Assembly (NCBI GenBank): GCA_029551395.1
Contig: JAKPFN010000046.1
Coordinates: 15,752-79,751, forward strand
Origin: Armatimonadota bacterium
GTDB taxonomy: Bacteria; Armatimonadota; UBA5829; DTLH01
Length of the DNA stretch: 64,000 bases
Reading direction: 5' to 3'
Each line of letters starts with the position of its first letter. Positions within the stretch are counted from its first letter, which is position 1. Under the pieces are notes generated by a model. That model did no database searches. It was not told the DNA's origin and saw nothing but the letters and a program-made list of their open reading frames with translations. Below are positions 32,177-42,970 of this stretch, piece after piece. The translations under genes were made by a program, and so were the position numbers.

Positions 32177-32554
32177 AGTGTTTGTTATATATACGCCAAA
32201 AGACAGGTTTTTTCCTGCTTTTAAGTTATGTATACTGAGGTATTATGTCCCTGTTTATTATAGAACAAGTATTGCCACTATTTCTCTTGAGTTATTGGTT
32301 TTAATTTTAGGATGCATCTATAGTATTTGTATCTCCAAAACCAAATTGTGCACCAACCGCAGGAATTACCTGTTTTGTATACCCGATATTATTTATTCTT
32401 GGTTCAAATACCTGGCTGCATAATAATCAAATTAGCTTAGCTTTATTGAAATCAGTAGCAGGATTCTGCTAACATTCCCTACAGGTAAATAACAGGCAGG
32501 CACAACTGTCTGATATAACCAATCATTTATACAACTTAATAACAGGAGCTGGAA

Positions 32555-33706
32555 ATGAGTTTTATTTCGATGTTGAAGAAGGGTGCCTGCGTATTTACAG
32601 ATCACCCAGCTCTGATAGGATGGTATGTTCAAAATCGATTGCGTAACACTACCTTGAAATTTGAGCAAGGCCATTTGGCTGGTCTAAGCCTGTTTGCCCG
32701 TGGTGTTACGTTTAGAATAACCTCTGCGTGTAATCTTCGGTGTAAAATGTGCAGGTTCGTTGAAAGTGGAGAAGTGTTCGGTAATCCCAACGATACTCTG
32801 CCTCTTGATTTGTGGTTATCAATTGTTGACGACCTTGCTAAATATAGACCTTATATCAGCATAACTGGTGGCGAGCCAACACTTTATCCTCATTTGGAAG
32901 AAATCCTCGCACGAATCAGAAAATATGATATGCGAAGCACCTTAACAACAAATGGTACCATGTTGGTCAAGTGTGGAGAAGCACTTGTGGAAAATGCACC
33001 CGATATGATGATTATATCGCTGGATGGATCTGCAGAGGTGCATAATGAAGTCCGTGGACAGCCTCGAGTATTCGAAAAAGTGGCAGAAGGATTGTCGTTC
33101 ATACGGGAACTGAAGACAAAGAGAAGCCAGAATTACCCAATACTGATTATCAATTCCTCCATAACAGCCTATAACTACAAAAATGCTGAGATGATGATCG
33201 ATATAGCTAAAGAGCTAGGTGTTGATGCTTTGAACTACCAGTTTCAATGGTCGCTTACACCCAAAATGGTAGACGCACATAACAAGCTGCATGGGGATTT
33301 CCACCCACTATCAGGCGAACAACTGGGTGCTGCAGATCCTCTTTCTGTAGACATAGATGAAGTTGTGGCTGTTGTTAAACGGATCAGGAAGCGAGCATCC
33401 TCATGGGAAGAAGGCATTGTCATCACATTCCATCCTGAACTGAATAATGATGAAGTTCGCCGGTGGTTTGAAGATCCGCATAACTGGGTTCAGAGAAAAG
33501 GGGCAGCATGTGCTTGGTTGAATACGGAGATACTTCCAAATGGGAATGTGGAACCATGCTTTGGTTTTGTCTGCGGCAATGTGAAGGAACAGCCCTTTTC
33601 GAAAATCTGGAATTCGTCAACATATCGCAAATACAGAAGAAGACTGGCTAATGCAGGTGATTTCCCAGTGTGTGTAAGGTGCTGCTCATACTTTCGAAGA
33701 GATTGA
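32555..33706 (+). CDS. Radical SAM protein with SPASM/twitch-type C-terminus
   Basis: CNLRCKMC, TGGEPTL, TTNG, ISLDG; C-terminal CAW..NGNVEPC..GNV..CVRCC. Confidence 0.92.
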   Translation: MSFISMLKKGACVFTDHPALIGWYVQNRLRNTTLKFEQGHLAGLSLFARGVTFRITSACNLRCKMCRFVESGEVFGNPNDTLPLDLWLSIVDDLAKYRPYISITGGEPTLYPHLEEILARIRKYDMRSTLTTNGTMLVKCGEALVENAPDMMIISLDGSAEVHNEVRGQPRVFEKVAEGLSFIRELKTKRSQNYPILIINSSITAYNYKNAEMMIDIAKELGVDALNYQFQWSLTPKMVDAHNKLHGDFHPLSGEQLGAADPLSVDIDEVVAVVKRIRKRASSWEEGIVITFHPELNNDEVRRWFEDPHNWVQRKGAACAWLNTEILPNGNVEPCFGFVCGNVKEQPFSKIWNSSTYRKYRRRLANAGDFPVCVRCCSYFRRD

Positions 33707-33753
33707 TACAGAGATATATTTTACTTACAGGGTATATTTTGTGAATTGAGTAG

Positions 33754-33782
33754 TTGAACTTCACTGTTTAACCGGGTAGAAT
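33754..33782 (+). promoter_or_regulatory. Sigma70-type promoter of the UroD-family gene
   Basis: TTGAAC-17 nt-TAGAAT. Confidence 0.5.
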
Positions 33783-33829
33783 AGAGTCAGGCTCCAATCA
33801 TATTGTTATTTAGGGAGGAGCGCCTCTTA

Positions 33830-34810
33830 ATGACTAGTCGTGAGATTGTACGGCGAAACATTACCTTCGATAATCCACCAAGGATTGCCATCAAATTCGA
33901 CGTCTTTGGGTTCAACGACTGCTACGATATCTGGCTAAAGGAAGTCACAGGCTATTATCAATTAGGCGGCGGCACGGATGAATGGGGCTGCGTCTGGAGC
34001 CAGACTGAAATGCAGAATACTGGACAAGTAACCCATCATCCGCTTGCAAGTTGGGATGAATTTCCTGATTACAAGTTTCCTGACCCCGAAGCAGATGGAA
34101 AATATTCCAGCTTCATGAGCGACCTTGCTGGGGCAGGGGATAAATTCGTAATGTATTGCGCCGGATTGGGACTGTTCGAACGTTTTCACACGCTGCGCGG
34201 CTTCGAAAATGCCCTCATGGACCTTTATATGGAACCAGAAAAAACCCACCAACTGCTTGATGGTATTTTAGACTTCCATATGAGAGCGATTACCAAGATG
34301 CACAAGCTTGGCGGCGGTAGAATAGACGCTGCAGCAATCTCTGATGACTGGGGAACTGAAGTTGCGACCATCATCAGCCCGGACAAGTTCAGAGAGTTCT
34401 TCAAACCACGCTACATAAAACTATTCAAGCATATTCATGACCTTGGAATGCACACATGGATGCATTCATGCGGAAAAATCAACGATGTGTTGGATGATTT
34501 GATTGATGCAGGACTGGAGGTTGTGAACACGCAGCAGCCGAAGTCTGTTGGTATCGATGAATTCGGGCAGCGCTTCGCAGGTAGGATTTGCATAGAGACA
34601 ATCGTTGATACACAGTTGACCTATCCGCATGGGACACTGGATGAAATCCGTGCTGAAGCCAGAGAACTGGTCGAAAAGTGGAATACGCCGCGCGGTGGAT
34701 TCATTGCCAGCGATTATGGCGATGCTCAGGCCATTGGAACAACCATAGAGCGCCGCAAAGCGGCTTTCGAGGTCTTTGCAGAGCTTGCTGGTATAGAAAT
34801 GCCGGTTTAG
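33830..34810 (+). CDS. Uroporphyrinogen decarboxylase (URO-D/MtaA) family protein
   Basis: TDEWGCVW, LFER..LRGFENALMD, SDDWG, MHSCG, DTQ..P.GT. Confidence 0.88.
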   Translation: MTSREIVRRNITFDNPPRIAIKFDVFGFNDCYDIWLKEVTGYYQLGGGTDEWGCVWSQTEMQNTGQVTHHPLASWDEFPDYKFPDPEADGKYSSFMSDLAGAGDKFVMYCAGLGLFERFHTLRGFENALMDLYMEPEKTHQLLDGILDFHMRAITKMHKLGGGRIDAAAISDDWGTEVATIISPDKFREFFKPRYIKLFKHIHDLGMHTWMHSCGKINDVLDDLIDAGLEVVNTQQPKSVGIDEFGQRFAGRICIETIVDTQLTYPHGTLDEIRAEARELVEKWNTPRGGFIASDYGDAQAIGTTIERRKAAFEVFAELAGIEMPV

Positions 34811-34850
34811 TTGTTGAGTAAAGCGAGAATCAATCTAAAAGGGTAAGGCT

Positions 34851-35414
34851 ATGGACATTAAGGAAGCAATTTATACACGCCGTTCGGTCAGGCAATATCA
34901 GAATAAGCAGGTAGATAGAGGTTTGATAGAACAAATCCTAGATGCTGCTGTCCAGGCACCCAGTGCGATGAATACACAGCCTTGGGTTTTCGGAGTAATA
35001 CAGGATGCAAGCCTGTTGAGAGAAATCTCAAATAAATCCAAGGTAACGATGCTGGAGATAATAGGTCAGGGGCCAGAGCTTGAAAGATACCGTGAGACAT
35101 TAAGTGACCCTGCTTTTAATATCTTTTATAATGCACCTTCGTTGATTCTGATTATGTCTAAGCCTGGTATAAGTCCGATGCCTGAGGTAGATTGCGTTCT
35201 TGCTGCAGAAAACCTGATGCTGACGGCTAGAAGTCTGGGTTTAGGAACTTGTTGGATGGGGTTTGCCACTCCATATCTTAATACTCCTGATGGCAAAAAG
35301 ATGCTTGGAATCCCGGATGAGTATTCGGTAATCGCACCGTTGATAATAGGTTATCCCGCGCAGGAATTTGAGGAGATCGAAAAGAATCCGCCAGAGATAT
35401 TATTCTGGAAATAA
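34851..35414 (+). CDS. Nitroreductase family protein
   Basis: [31 protein letters not shown]. Confidence 0.93.
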   Translation: MDIKEAIYTRRSVRQYQNKQVDRGLIEQILDAAVQAPSAMNTQPWVFGVIQDASLLREISNKSKVTMLEIIGQGPELERYRETLSDPAFNIFYNAPSLILIMSKPGISPMPEVDCVLAAENLMLTARSLGLGTCWMGFATPYLNTPDGKKMLGIPDEYSVIAPLIIGYPAQEFEEIEKNPPEILFWK

Positions 35415-35462
35415 CTCTGGCGAGAAACCAACGAGCTACACAGGTACCGATTGTGTAGTTCC

Positions 35463-35509
35463 AGATAATGCAGGATTTCCCCCGGGTTTCCTGCATTATC
35501 TTTTTTTTT
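35463..35509 (+). terminator. Intrinsic terminator
   Basis: 13-bp stem AGATAATGCAGGA / TCCTGCATTATCT followed by a long T run. Confidence 0.85.
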
Positions 35510-35540
35510 AGATGATACCAGTGATAAACAACTCCAGGCT

Positions 35541-36851
35541 TTATTTGGATACGGTAATCAACCCTTTGCTGTCTAGAATGTATACTTGAGTCGATAACAT
35601 ACACGACCGTCCTGCTGTGATAATTGGTACCTCACCTAGAACAGCCAAATAACCACTTTTTGGCAGCGAGACCAAGGCCTGATAGCCTCCATCTATAGGG
35701 TCTGTAGGCATTGCTTCCCACTTGCTTTTTCGAAAGTCTTGAGTATCGGACTTTACAGTCCAAACTGTAGCTGATCTGGATGCAGAATCTGTCTTTATGG
35801 TCAAGAGAAGTCCGTCTTCTTTCAGCTTGGAGTCCCATGTTAGTTTTGGAAGCTCAGATTTGGAGGCAATGGTACGTGTAAAAGCCGTTAGCGCAGTCAA
35901 TACGCGGATAGGATCAGACAAGTCATGCCCGCAGTTTGGAACATACAGCACATGTTTTGTCCCAATGAGGTCGTCCCAATAGATATTGAGCGAGTCTTGA
36001 GTCCAGTAAGGGTCGTTTGTGCCATTGATAATCAACTTAGGCATTTTTATTCGGCTGCGGTAAGACCAGGGGTCTACTATACCGGCAAGGTATTTGCCTT
36101 TTTCTGTCTGTAAAGCTTCCTGGATGCCAAGATTAGTGTAGTCATCGATCATACTGCTGTATTTTCCCCAGCATTCTACTTGATGAGCCATTTGACGAGA
36201 CAGATTGAGATTATCATAGACCATAGGAGCAATGCCTTTGACTCGGACTGGATCTGCTGCAGCCGTAAGCCAGGTTGTCCAGCCTCTTTTAGATGCCCCA
36301 GACACTACAAACCCTTTAATCTCCTGTTTTAAATCTTGCCTGGAAAATGCTTGTATTGCGTCCATTGCTCTGACTGCGCTTTTTGTCATTGGGAAAAGTA
36401 ATGGCCAGGTGTCGTCACCTGTTTCCATAGCCTTAATGAATGTATGAGCAATCAATGCATCTTCCCGTTTGCCATCAAACAATGGCTGGTTTGGAATGCC
36501 ATAAAGAATCGTAATAGGGCAACCTGTTTCTGAAGCGATAATAGAAGCAGCTTTCGATTCCCAGTCTCCAACTTTGCCAAACGTTATGAATAATAAAGCA
36601 GTATCAGGATAATCACATTTAGCTGGTTTGACGATTTCGATATCATGAGTCCAGGTGATGTTCTGCCACGTTTGACTGGTCATCTTGAGTATGTAACGGG
36701 TTTGGTTGGATTCTTCTATCTGAGAGACTTTTTCCCATTTGTACGATGTATCTGGGATTTTAATGTATGAGAGCAAATCTCCAGCATAAGCAGATACCGA
36801 GAGGGCTGACAAAATAACAAAAAGAACAACATAAACTCGAAGCTGATTCAT
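35541..36851 (-). CDS. PqaA (PhoPQ-activated pathogenicity-related) family alpha/beta hydrolase, exported
   Basis: MTSQTW, IPNQP, REDALIA, PMTKSAVRAMD, GASKRGWTTW, VDPWSY; AAGGAG SD before ATG 36851. Confidence 0.9.
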   Translation of the reverse strand: MNQLRVYVVLFVILSALSVSAYAGDLLSYIKIPDTSYKWEKVSQIEESNQTRYILKMTSQTWQNITWTHDIEIVKPAKCDYPDTALLFITFGKVGDWESKAASIIASETGCPITILYGIPNQPLFDGKREDALIAHTFIKAMETGDDTWPLLFPMTKSAVRAMDAIQAFSRQDLKQEIKGFVVSGASKRGWTTWLTAAADPVRVKGIAPMVYDNLNLSRQMAHQVECWGKYSSMIDDYTNLGIQEALQTEKGKYLAGIVDPWSYRSRIKMPKLIINGTNDPYWTQDSLNIYWDDLIGTKHVLYVPNCGHDLSDPIRVLTALTAFTRTIASKSELPKLTWDSKLKEDGLLLTIKTDSASRSATVWTVKSDTQDFRKSKWEAMPTDPIDGGYQALVSLPKSGYLAVLGEVPIITAGRSCMLSTQVYILDSKGLITVSK

Positions 36852-37118
36852 TGCAACACATCTCTCCTTTGGCGACATTAACAATTAACCAGTGACGAAG
36901 ACCAACAACACAAGTTGCCTGAAGACAGACCGATTGTATAAAGGCGGATTACTTCTTCTTACGATGCAATATCGCGGCGAATGTTCGTTTGCGGAGGGTG
37001 ATTAAGATGTGATAAGATTAGAAACTGGCAAAGTACTTCTAGATTTTTCGTCATCGATTATTATAGGACCATTGGAGATGGCCGGCGCATATATTACTGC
37101 TGCCGGCCTGATGACATA

Positions 37119-37799
37119 ATGAGAGTAATCCGGATATTAACGCTTCTGATTGCAGTTGTATTCATTGCTGGCTGTGCAAAGGATAGTCAACGCATTGAAA
37201 GTGCATCATCTTCCCAACAGCCAGAAGTGAATACTACTATCCAACGTGAACAGCAAGGCAGTAAGAAGTCTAATGGACCATCTCAGCCTCAGACTAACGA
37301 ACCAACAAAGAAACAAGATGCTGATGGATCACAGAAATCTCCAGATCTGGAGTTAAAGATTCATGGCCAGAAAGTCAATTTAACATGGCAGGATGGCGGG
37401 AAACCTAAAATGCGTGTTAAAGCAGATAAACTGGTTGGCAATACCGTTGCTGGTAGTGCATCACTTGAAAAGGTAGACGCTGAGCTGTACGAAGATGGTA
37501 AACTTGTGGCACGGTTATCAGCCCCATTGATTCAAGCTGACGAAAAGACAAGAATAGTCATTGCAACAGGAGGTGTTACAATTACATCAGCCGATCCTGC
37601 AAGCAGTATTAAGACAATAAAAGCTAAATGGATCAAATGGTATTCTCGTGATAATAAAATCATAGGCAATGGCGGAATTACAGCCGTTGGGCCTGTTGCA
37701 TCAATAAATGCTGCCGAATTCATCGCTGATACTCGTATGAAGACTGTAAGGTTCAATGCAAATCCTGCTGAGGCACGAGCAGAGGTTGGAGAGCGCTGA
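37119..37799 (+). CDS. LptC-like lipoprotein
   Basis: Lipobox IAGC; beta-jellyroll-like C-terminus; first gene of the lpt cluster. Confidence 0.6.
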   Translation: MRVIRILTLLIAVVFIAGCAKDSQRIESASSSQQPEVNTTIQREQQGSKKSNGPSQPQTNEPTKKQDADGSQKSPDLELKIHGQKVNLTWQDGGKPKMRVKADKLVGNTVAGSASLEKVDAELYEDGKLVARLSAPLIQADEKTRIVIATGGVTITSADPASSIKTIKAKWIKWYSRDNKIIGNGGITAVGPVASINAAEFIADTRMKTVRFNANPAEARAEVGER

Positions 37800-37810
37800 A
37801 GGTAAATGTA

Positions 37811-38398
37811 ATGATTAGCAGATTAACCGTAACTTTATTAGTATTGATAGTCCTGGCTGTGCCAGCACTTGCACAGAAACAGGAGATTGGATCTGTTGTT
37901 ATAGAACGGTTCCAGACTTTTGAGATGACGGATGATACTGTTATCGTATCAGGTCCCAGAGTATATGTCAGGACCAAGGATGGCAAATTCGAGGCTAAGG
38001 CGGCCAGGATTACAATCAGATTCGATCCATCGAGTGTAAAAGGTGGGGTTAACGCGCTCAAAAGTGCTTCTTTGGAAGGTGATGTGTGGCTTCTGACCAA
38101 ACCTGAACCAGGGCGCTCGACTGAAGCCAGGTCAGAAAGAGCAGATGTTGATTGGGCAGGTGCAAAACAGGCTGTCCTTAAAGGGAATGTAGAGGTAAAA
38201 ACTGTCGATCCAACTAAGTTTCAAGGTCCGCTTACACTGGTAGCTGACAAAGCGACTATCAGCCTTAAACCTTACGGTGAGCTTAAAAACGGAGAAAGCA
38301 GGATTAAAATCGAAAGCGACCCGGAGAAGAGCCGGTTAGAGTTTACTCCACTACCAGCAGAAACATCGGAGAAGGATAGTAGTGCGAATCAAGACTGA
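37811..38398 (+). CDS. LptA/OstA-like periplasmic protein
   Basis: Signal peptide, LEGDV and LKGNV beta-jellyroll motifs, adjacent to lptB. Confidence 0.65.
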   Translation: MISRLTVTLLVLIVLAVPALAQKQEIGSVVIERFQTFEMTDDTVIVSGPRVYVRTKDGKFEAKAARITIRFDPSSVKGGVNALKSASLEGDVWLLTKPEPGRSTEARSERADVDWAGAKQAVLKGNVEVKTVDPTKFQGPLTLVADKATISLKPYGELKNGESRIKIESDPEKSRLEFTPLPAETSEKDSSANQD

Positions 38399-39104
38399 GA
38401 ACCTGGTCAAAATATATAAAGGTCGGCGAGTAGTAGATGGCGTCAGTCTGGAGGTTGAACGCGGCGAAATTGTCGGGTTGCTCGGGCCAAATGGTGCCGG
38501 AAAGACTACTTCTTTCTATATGGTAGTTGGTCTCGTCAGACCAAATGGAGGCAAGGTTTATCTAGATAACCGTGATATCACCCGATTTCCCATGTACTAC
38601 CGTGCAAGGCTGGGCATAGGGTATCTGGCACAGGAACCGTCTGTTTTCAGAAAGCTGACAGTGCAGGAGAATATTCTTCTGGTGCTTGAGATGTGCGGAC
38701 TCAGCAAGAAAGAGCGATTGAAAAAGTGTGACGAGCTTCTGGATGAGTTAGGTCTGACTAAACTCAAACATGAGAAAGGAATGGTGCTCTCAGGTGGAGA
38801 GCGCAGGCGGACAGAGATTGCACGTGCTCTTGCCAACAATCCTGCATTCATTTTACTCGATGAACCTTTTACTGGAGTCGACCCGATAGCCATCGAGGAT
38901 ATCCAAACAACGATTGCCAGACTCCGAAAAGATAAAAACATCGGTATTATCATCACTGACCACAATGTTCGTGCGACTTTGTCCATCACTGACCGGGCTT
39001 ACATTATTTCGGATGGTAAAATCGCCACATCCGGTAATGCAGAAGACCTGCCGAACGACCCAATAGCCCGAAAGTATTATCTGGGCGAACGGTTCGAGAT
39101 GTGA
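38382..39104 (+). CDS. lptB: LPS export ABC transporter ATPase
   Basis: [60 protein letters not shown]. Confidence 0.96.
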   Translation: MRIKTENLVKIYKGRRVVDGVSLEVERGEIVGLLGPNGAGKTTSFYMVVGLVRPNGGKVYLDNRDITRFPMYYRARLGIGYLAQEPSVFRKLTVQENILLVLEMCGLSKKERLKKCDELLDELGLTKLKHEKGMVLSGGERRRTEIARALANNPAFILLDEPFTGVDPIAIEDIQTTIARLRKDKNIGIIITDHNVRATLSITDRAYIISDGKIATSGNAEDLPNDPIARKYYLGERFEM

Positions 39105-39114
39105 GGCTGCGTGG

Positions 39115-40224
39115 ATGAAAATCCTGGACAAGTTTCTTGGAAAAGAGCTTATTGGCCCGTTTTTATTTGGCGTTGCGGCATTCACTTCGATATTTTTCGC
39201 CGGTCAGTATCTTCTAAAACTCACAAGCCAGGTGTTGCAAGGCACTCCAGTCTTGACTGCAGCGGTGATGCTTGTGCTGTATCTGCCTTCAGTGGTCGTT
39301 TACACGCTGCCGATGTCTGCGCTGCTTGCAGTCCTGATTGCTTTCAGCAAACTGTCTGGAGATAGTGAGATTGTGGCTATGTATGCAAGCGGCGTGAGCC
39401 TCTATCGCGCTATAGTCCCTGTGTTAGTCCTGGGATTGATAGTCACATTTATGGGATTTGTGCTTAGTGAAGTAGTTGTACCCGCAGCAGCCAGAAAAAC
39501 TCAGGCAATACAAGCCCATATTCTCAAAGAGGAAATTTCTACAGATAAGCCCTTCGTGGTGATTGATAAAGATACTAATTCCACCATATACGTTCGGGGC
39601 GGATTCAGTGCCAGGACAAAGGTCATGAAGGACGTTACCATTACGCGCTATAATGATAATGAACCAGCCATGCTGTTTCAGGCGCGTGAGGCCCGGTGGC
39701 AAGGCGAGAATAAGTGGGGAATGAACTCGTGGGGGCTGTACGATGGGAAAATGTATGCTCTTGGAGATGACCCGCAATCATCGCTGTCGCTTACGTTCGA
39801 AGGGCTTTCTTCTGAACCGATCGAGATCAAAAAATCGCCAAACGATATAGTCCTGCATCAGCGCAAGCCTGAGGATATGACTTATAGAGAGCTGCGGAGC
39901 CATATAAAGGCTCTTGGAAATGGTGGAGTAAGACCAGAGGAGCTTCTGGAGCTAGAAGTCGAATTATATAATAAGTTTGCAATACCGCTTGCAGCACTCG
40001 TTTTTGCGCTGATAGGTGCACCGCTTGCTGTAAAGCCTGCCAGAGCAAGTACCAGCCTGGGACTTGGCTTGAGTATACTCATTATCTTTGCTTACTGGTT
40101 TACGTGGCACTTTACCACGGCACTTGCTATTCAAGGTGGAATATCTCCATTTGCTGGAGCATTTATGGCTGATGTGTTTGGTCTGATGCTGGCAGGGATA
40201 TTGCTATCTAGAACAGCGAAGTGA
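39115..40224 (+). CDS. LptF/LptG family permease
   Basis: MKILDKF..E...PF, LSGDSEIVAMYASGVS, KFAIP, six TMs with a periplasmic domain. Confidence 0.93.
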   Translation: MKILDKFLGKELIGPFLFGVAAFTSIFFAGQYLLKLTSQVLQGTPVLTAAVMLVLYLPSVVVYTLPMSALLAVLIAFSKLSGDSEIVAMYASGVSLYRAIVPVLVLGLIVTFMGFVLSEVVVPAAARKTQAIQAHILKEEISTDKPFVVIDKDTNSTIYVRGGFSARTKVMKDVTITRYNDNEPAMLFQAREARWQGENKWGMNSWGLYDGKMYALGDDPQSSLSLTFEGLSSEPIEIKKSPNDIVLHQRKPEDMTYRELRSHIKALGNGGVRPEELLELEVELYNKFAIPLAALVFALIGAPLAVKPARASTSLGLGLSILIIFAYWFTWHFTTALAIQGGISPFAGAFMADVFGLMLAGILLSRTAK

Positions 40225-40282
40225 TAATCTACCTGTTGGCTATGTATAGCAGTTGTTATTTCGGCTTCCGGAGGTAGCCAAA

Positions 40283-41797
40283 GTGACTTACACGGTTCTT
40301 TTTATAATCACACTGATTGTTGTATCGGGAGCGATTGCCTATTTAGGTGATCTGCTTGGGCGTAGATTAGGCAAGCGGCGTCTAACGCTGTTTGGGCTTC
40401 GTCCAAGGCACACCGCAATTGTCGTTACTACAATCACCGGTATGCTGATTGCCGGAGTCGTGTTTGCCACGCTTATTACCGTAAGTGCCAGCCTTAGAGA
40501 AGTTTTGCTAAGAGGCGAGAGACTGATTAATGATATTGAGATTTATCAGTCAAAGAACACGGAACTTTCAGAAAAGAACAAATTGCTGGCAGAGGGAAAC
40601 AAATCACTCCAAACAAGAAATAAATCTTTATTAAGCACCCGGTCAAAACTCGCACTGGAAGTCGAAAAAAAAGCTGATGAGGTAGATCAGGCAATACGTG
40701 CAAGGGATGAGGCAAGAAAGCGTGTAGACGAACTGCAAAGTGATATTCGGAAGAGCCAGATTGAACTGGAAAGACTCAGACAAAGCGGAAAAGCTACTGA
40801 AGAAAACCTGAGCAGAATGACTGCTAGTCTTGAAGATAAGAAAGCGGAGTTAAAAGTTGTCCGGCTGGATCTGGAAGCAAAAGAGAAAGACCTATCAGTA
40901 AAACTGCAGGAATTGGTTGCAAAGGATATAGAGCTGAACAAGATGGATCTGATGCTCAAGGAAAAGGAAAGGAGCATCAAAGACGCTGAGACAACAATTG
41001 CCAGACACGAAAATACTATAGAGACCCAAAAAGAACAGCTTATGGAAGCTGTCCAGTTTCGAGATACATATTTTACTGGAGATGTAGTGTTGTCGTTTGG
41101 GCAGGAAATCATCCGTAAAGTGATAGATTCCTCACAATCACCAGAACAGATTCGCACGCAGCTTATTGGCTTATTTGATGAAGCAGATGCACAGGTAAAG
41201 CGGATGCATCCTGAACTCAAACAAGAGACCAGAGTTATTCGGCTGGCGGTTGTGGATACAGAAAAGAAAGTAGTGCTGTTTCCAAGGAATGATAACGACA
41301 TAAACACTATCATCGACAAGCACGTAAAGGCAATTGTTGGTATTGGACATTCATTGCCTGACCGTGGAGTGATTGTCAGGTTAGTTGTAGTAAAAAATAC
41401 GCTTAGAGATGAGATTGCTCCGGTAGAGATAAACCTGTACCCAAACAGGCTTACATTTAGCCAGGGGCAAAAAATTGCCAGCAGGATTATTGATGGTAAA
41501 CTCTCAGAGGGAAGAATTCTCCTAGAGGTTATGGACTTTCTTGGCCAGAATGTAAGAATGGCAGCACAAAGTGCTGGAGTTCAACCGGTCGCCAGCCCAA
41601 ACCCGGATGAAGTCGATGAACCAATATCTGGAGCGCAGTTGGACGAAATAATGGAGCTTGTGGAAATGATCCGGGCTGGGAATAAGAAAGTCGAAGTATA
41701 CGCTCGGGCTGAAAAAGATATTTATGCTGCTGGCCCGATTAGCTTGGATAATATCGAGTTTATCATTTCTGAGATTACAACTAGCGCATCCAGATAG
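40283..41797 (+). CDS. DUF3084-domain coiled-coil membrane protein
   Basis: IAYLGD..GRRLGKRRLTLFGLRPRHTA, long coiled coil; GGAGGT SD before GTG 40283. Confidence 0.88.
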   Translation: MTYTVLFIITLIVVSGAIAYLGDLLGRRLGKRRLTLFGLRPRHTAIVVTTITGMLIAGVVFATLITVSASLREVLLRGERLINDIEIYQSKNTELSEKNKLLAEGNKSLQTRNKSLLSTRSKLALEVEKKADEVDQAIRARDEARKRVDELQSDIRKSQIELERLRQSGKATEENLSRMTASLEDKKAELKVVRLDLEAKEKDLSVKLQELVAKDIELNKMDLMLKEKERSIKDAETTIARHENTIETQKEQLMEAVQFRDTYFTGDVVLSFGQEIIRKVIDSSQSPEQIRTQLIGLFDEADAQVKRMHPELKQETRVIRLAVVDTEKKVVLFPRNDNDINTIIDKHVKAIVGIGHSLPDRGVIVRLVVVKNTLRDEIAPVEINLYPNRLTFSQGQKIASRIIDGKLSEGRILLEVMDFLGQNVRMAAQSAGVQPVASPNPDEVDEPISGAQLDEIMELVEMIRAGNKKVEVYARAEKDIYAAGPISLDNIEFIISEITTSASR

Positions 41798-41806
41798 AAA
41801 GGACGA

Positions 41807-42232
41807 TTGGTGATTAACACTGTTTTAGCAGTCGATCCTGGCCGGTCGAAGTGTGGAATTGCTATAGTTTCCTGTAATGATGGTGTCATGGTTCGGACAA
41901 TAGTCTGTCCTGCTGATGTTTCTGATACCATCCGGCTGCTTTTTGCACGGTATGAGCCTGATGCAATAATAGTAGGGGCTGGTACAGGTTCGGAAGCAGT
42001 TATAAAGATTGTTAATCAACTGCCAATAAAAGTCCATTTGATTGATGAACGTTTGAGTACCCAGATTGCACGTTCGAGGTATTTTAAGGATAATCCTCCC
42101 AAAGGATGGCGCAGATTGATACCTCTCAGCATGCAAGTCCCTCCTTGTCCATATGATGATTATGCCGCTGTAGTACTTGCAGAAAGATTTCTAAAGTCTC
42201 AAGTACAAAAGGATCCTGCCGCTAATCTATAA
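41807..42232 (+). CDS. YqgF/RuvX-like RNase H-fold nuclease
   Basis: LAVDPGRSKCG, DERLST..AR.RY, PP.PYDDYAA. Confidence 0.85.
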   Translation: MVINTVLAVDPGRSKCGIAIVSCNDGVMVRTIVCPADVSDTIRLLFARYEPDAIIVGAGTGSEAVIKIVNQLPIKVHLIDERLSTQIARSRYFKDNPPKGWRRLIPLSMQVPPCPYDDYAAVVLAERFLKSQVQKDPAANL

Positions 42233-42280
42233 ATAGCTCAGTCTGTAGTCAATTTGACCGTCTAGAGCAGTCTTCGTATA

Positions 42281-42970
42281 ATGGAGTCGATGAATCATTT
42301 ATTTACCGACTTTGATGCAGTGTTGTTCGATCTGGATGGTACTCTTGTGGAGACCAACATCGACTTCCCCTTAATGAAGCGCGAGATGCTAAACCTCGCA
42401 ACAAGCTGTGGAGTCTCTGTATCCCAATTAGCCGGACTGGATATTCTAGCGATTGTTGACAGGATGGCTCATCATATCAGATTCAAAGAAGGTGCACCTG
42501 CTGCCGACAATGCCAGAAGGCGCGCACTGAGTATTCTTCAGGAAATTGAGCTTCGACATTCAAAAGATGCAAAAGAGATTCCGCCTGCCCGCGAACTTAT
42601 TGACTATCTCAAGTGTCAAAATATAAAAGTCGGTATCGTCACAAGGAATTGCCGAGCTGCCAGTGAAGATTCACTTGTACGAACAGGCTTGCATCCAGAT
42701 GTTTTAATAGCACGTGAGGATGTCGGGCGTGCGAAACCTGCACCAGACCAACTCCGTATGGCTTTGCAATATTTGGATGTTGAGCCTGAGCGTGCAGTTA
42801 TGATCGGTGATCATCCAATGGATGTTGCAGCAGGCAATGCCGCTGGAATGAGGACTATAGGCTTACTTCCAGCAGGTAAAGAAGATAATTACTACGCATC
42901 GGTCAACCCAGACGCCATTGCGCGAGACCTTAGAGAGATTCTTAGTGCGGTTATCGATAATCATCGTTAA
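42281..42970 (+). CDS. HAD family hydrolase (phosphoglycolate phosphatase-like)
   Basis: FDLDGTL, IVTRN, KPAP, IGDH..D. Confidence 0.9.
   Translation: MESMNHLFTDFDAVLFDLDGTLVETNIDFPLMKREMLNLATSCGVSVSQLAGLDILAIVDRMAHHIRFKEGAPAADNARRRALSILQEIELRHSKDAKEIPPARELIDYLKCQNIKVGIVTRNCRAASEDSLVRTGLHPDVLIAREDVGRAKPAPDQLRMALQYLDVEPERAVMIGDHPMDVAAGNAAGMRTIGLLPAGKEDNYYASVNPDAIARDLREILSAVIDNHR

Noticed and set aside
32228-32263. Tiny Cys-containing ORF (MYTEVLCPCLL) as RiPP precursor for the radical SAM enzyme
   Set aside because: No SD, no leader-like region, about 290 nt from the enzyme; expected by chance.
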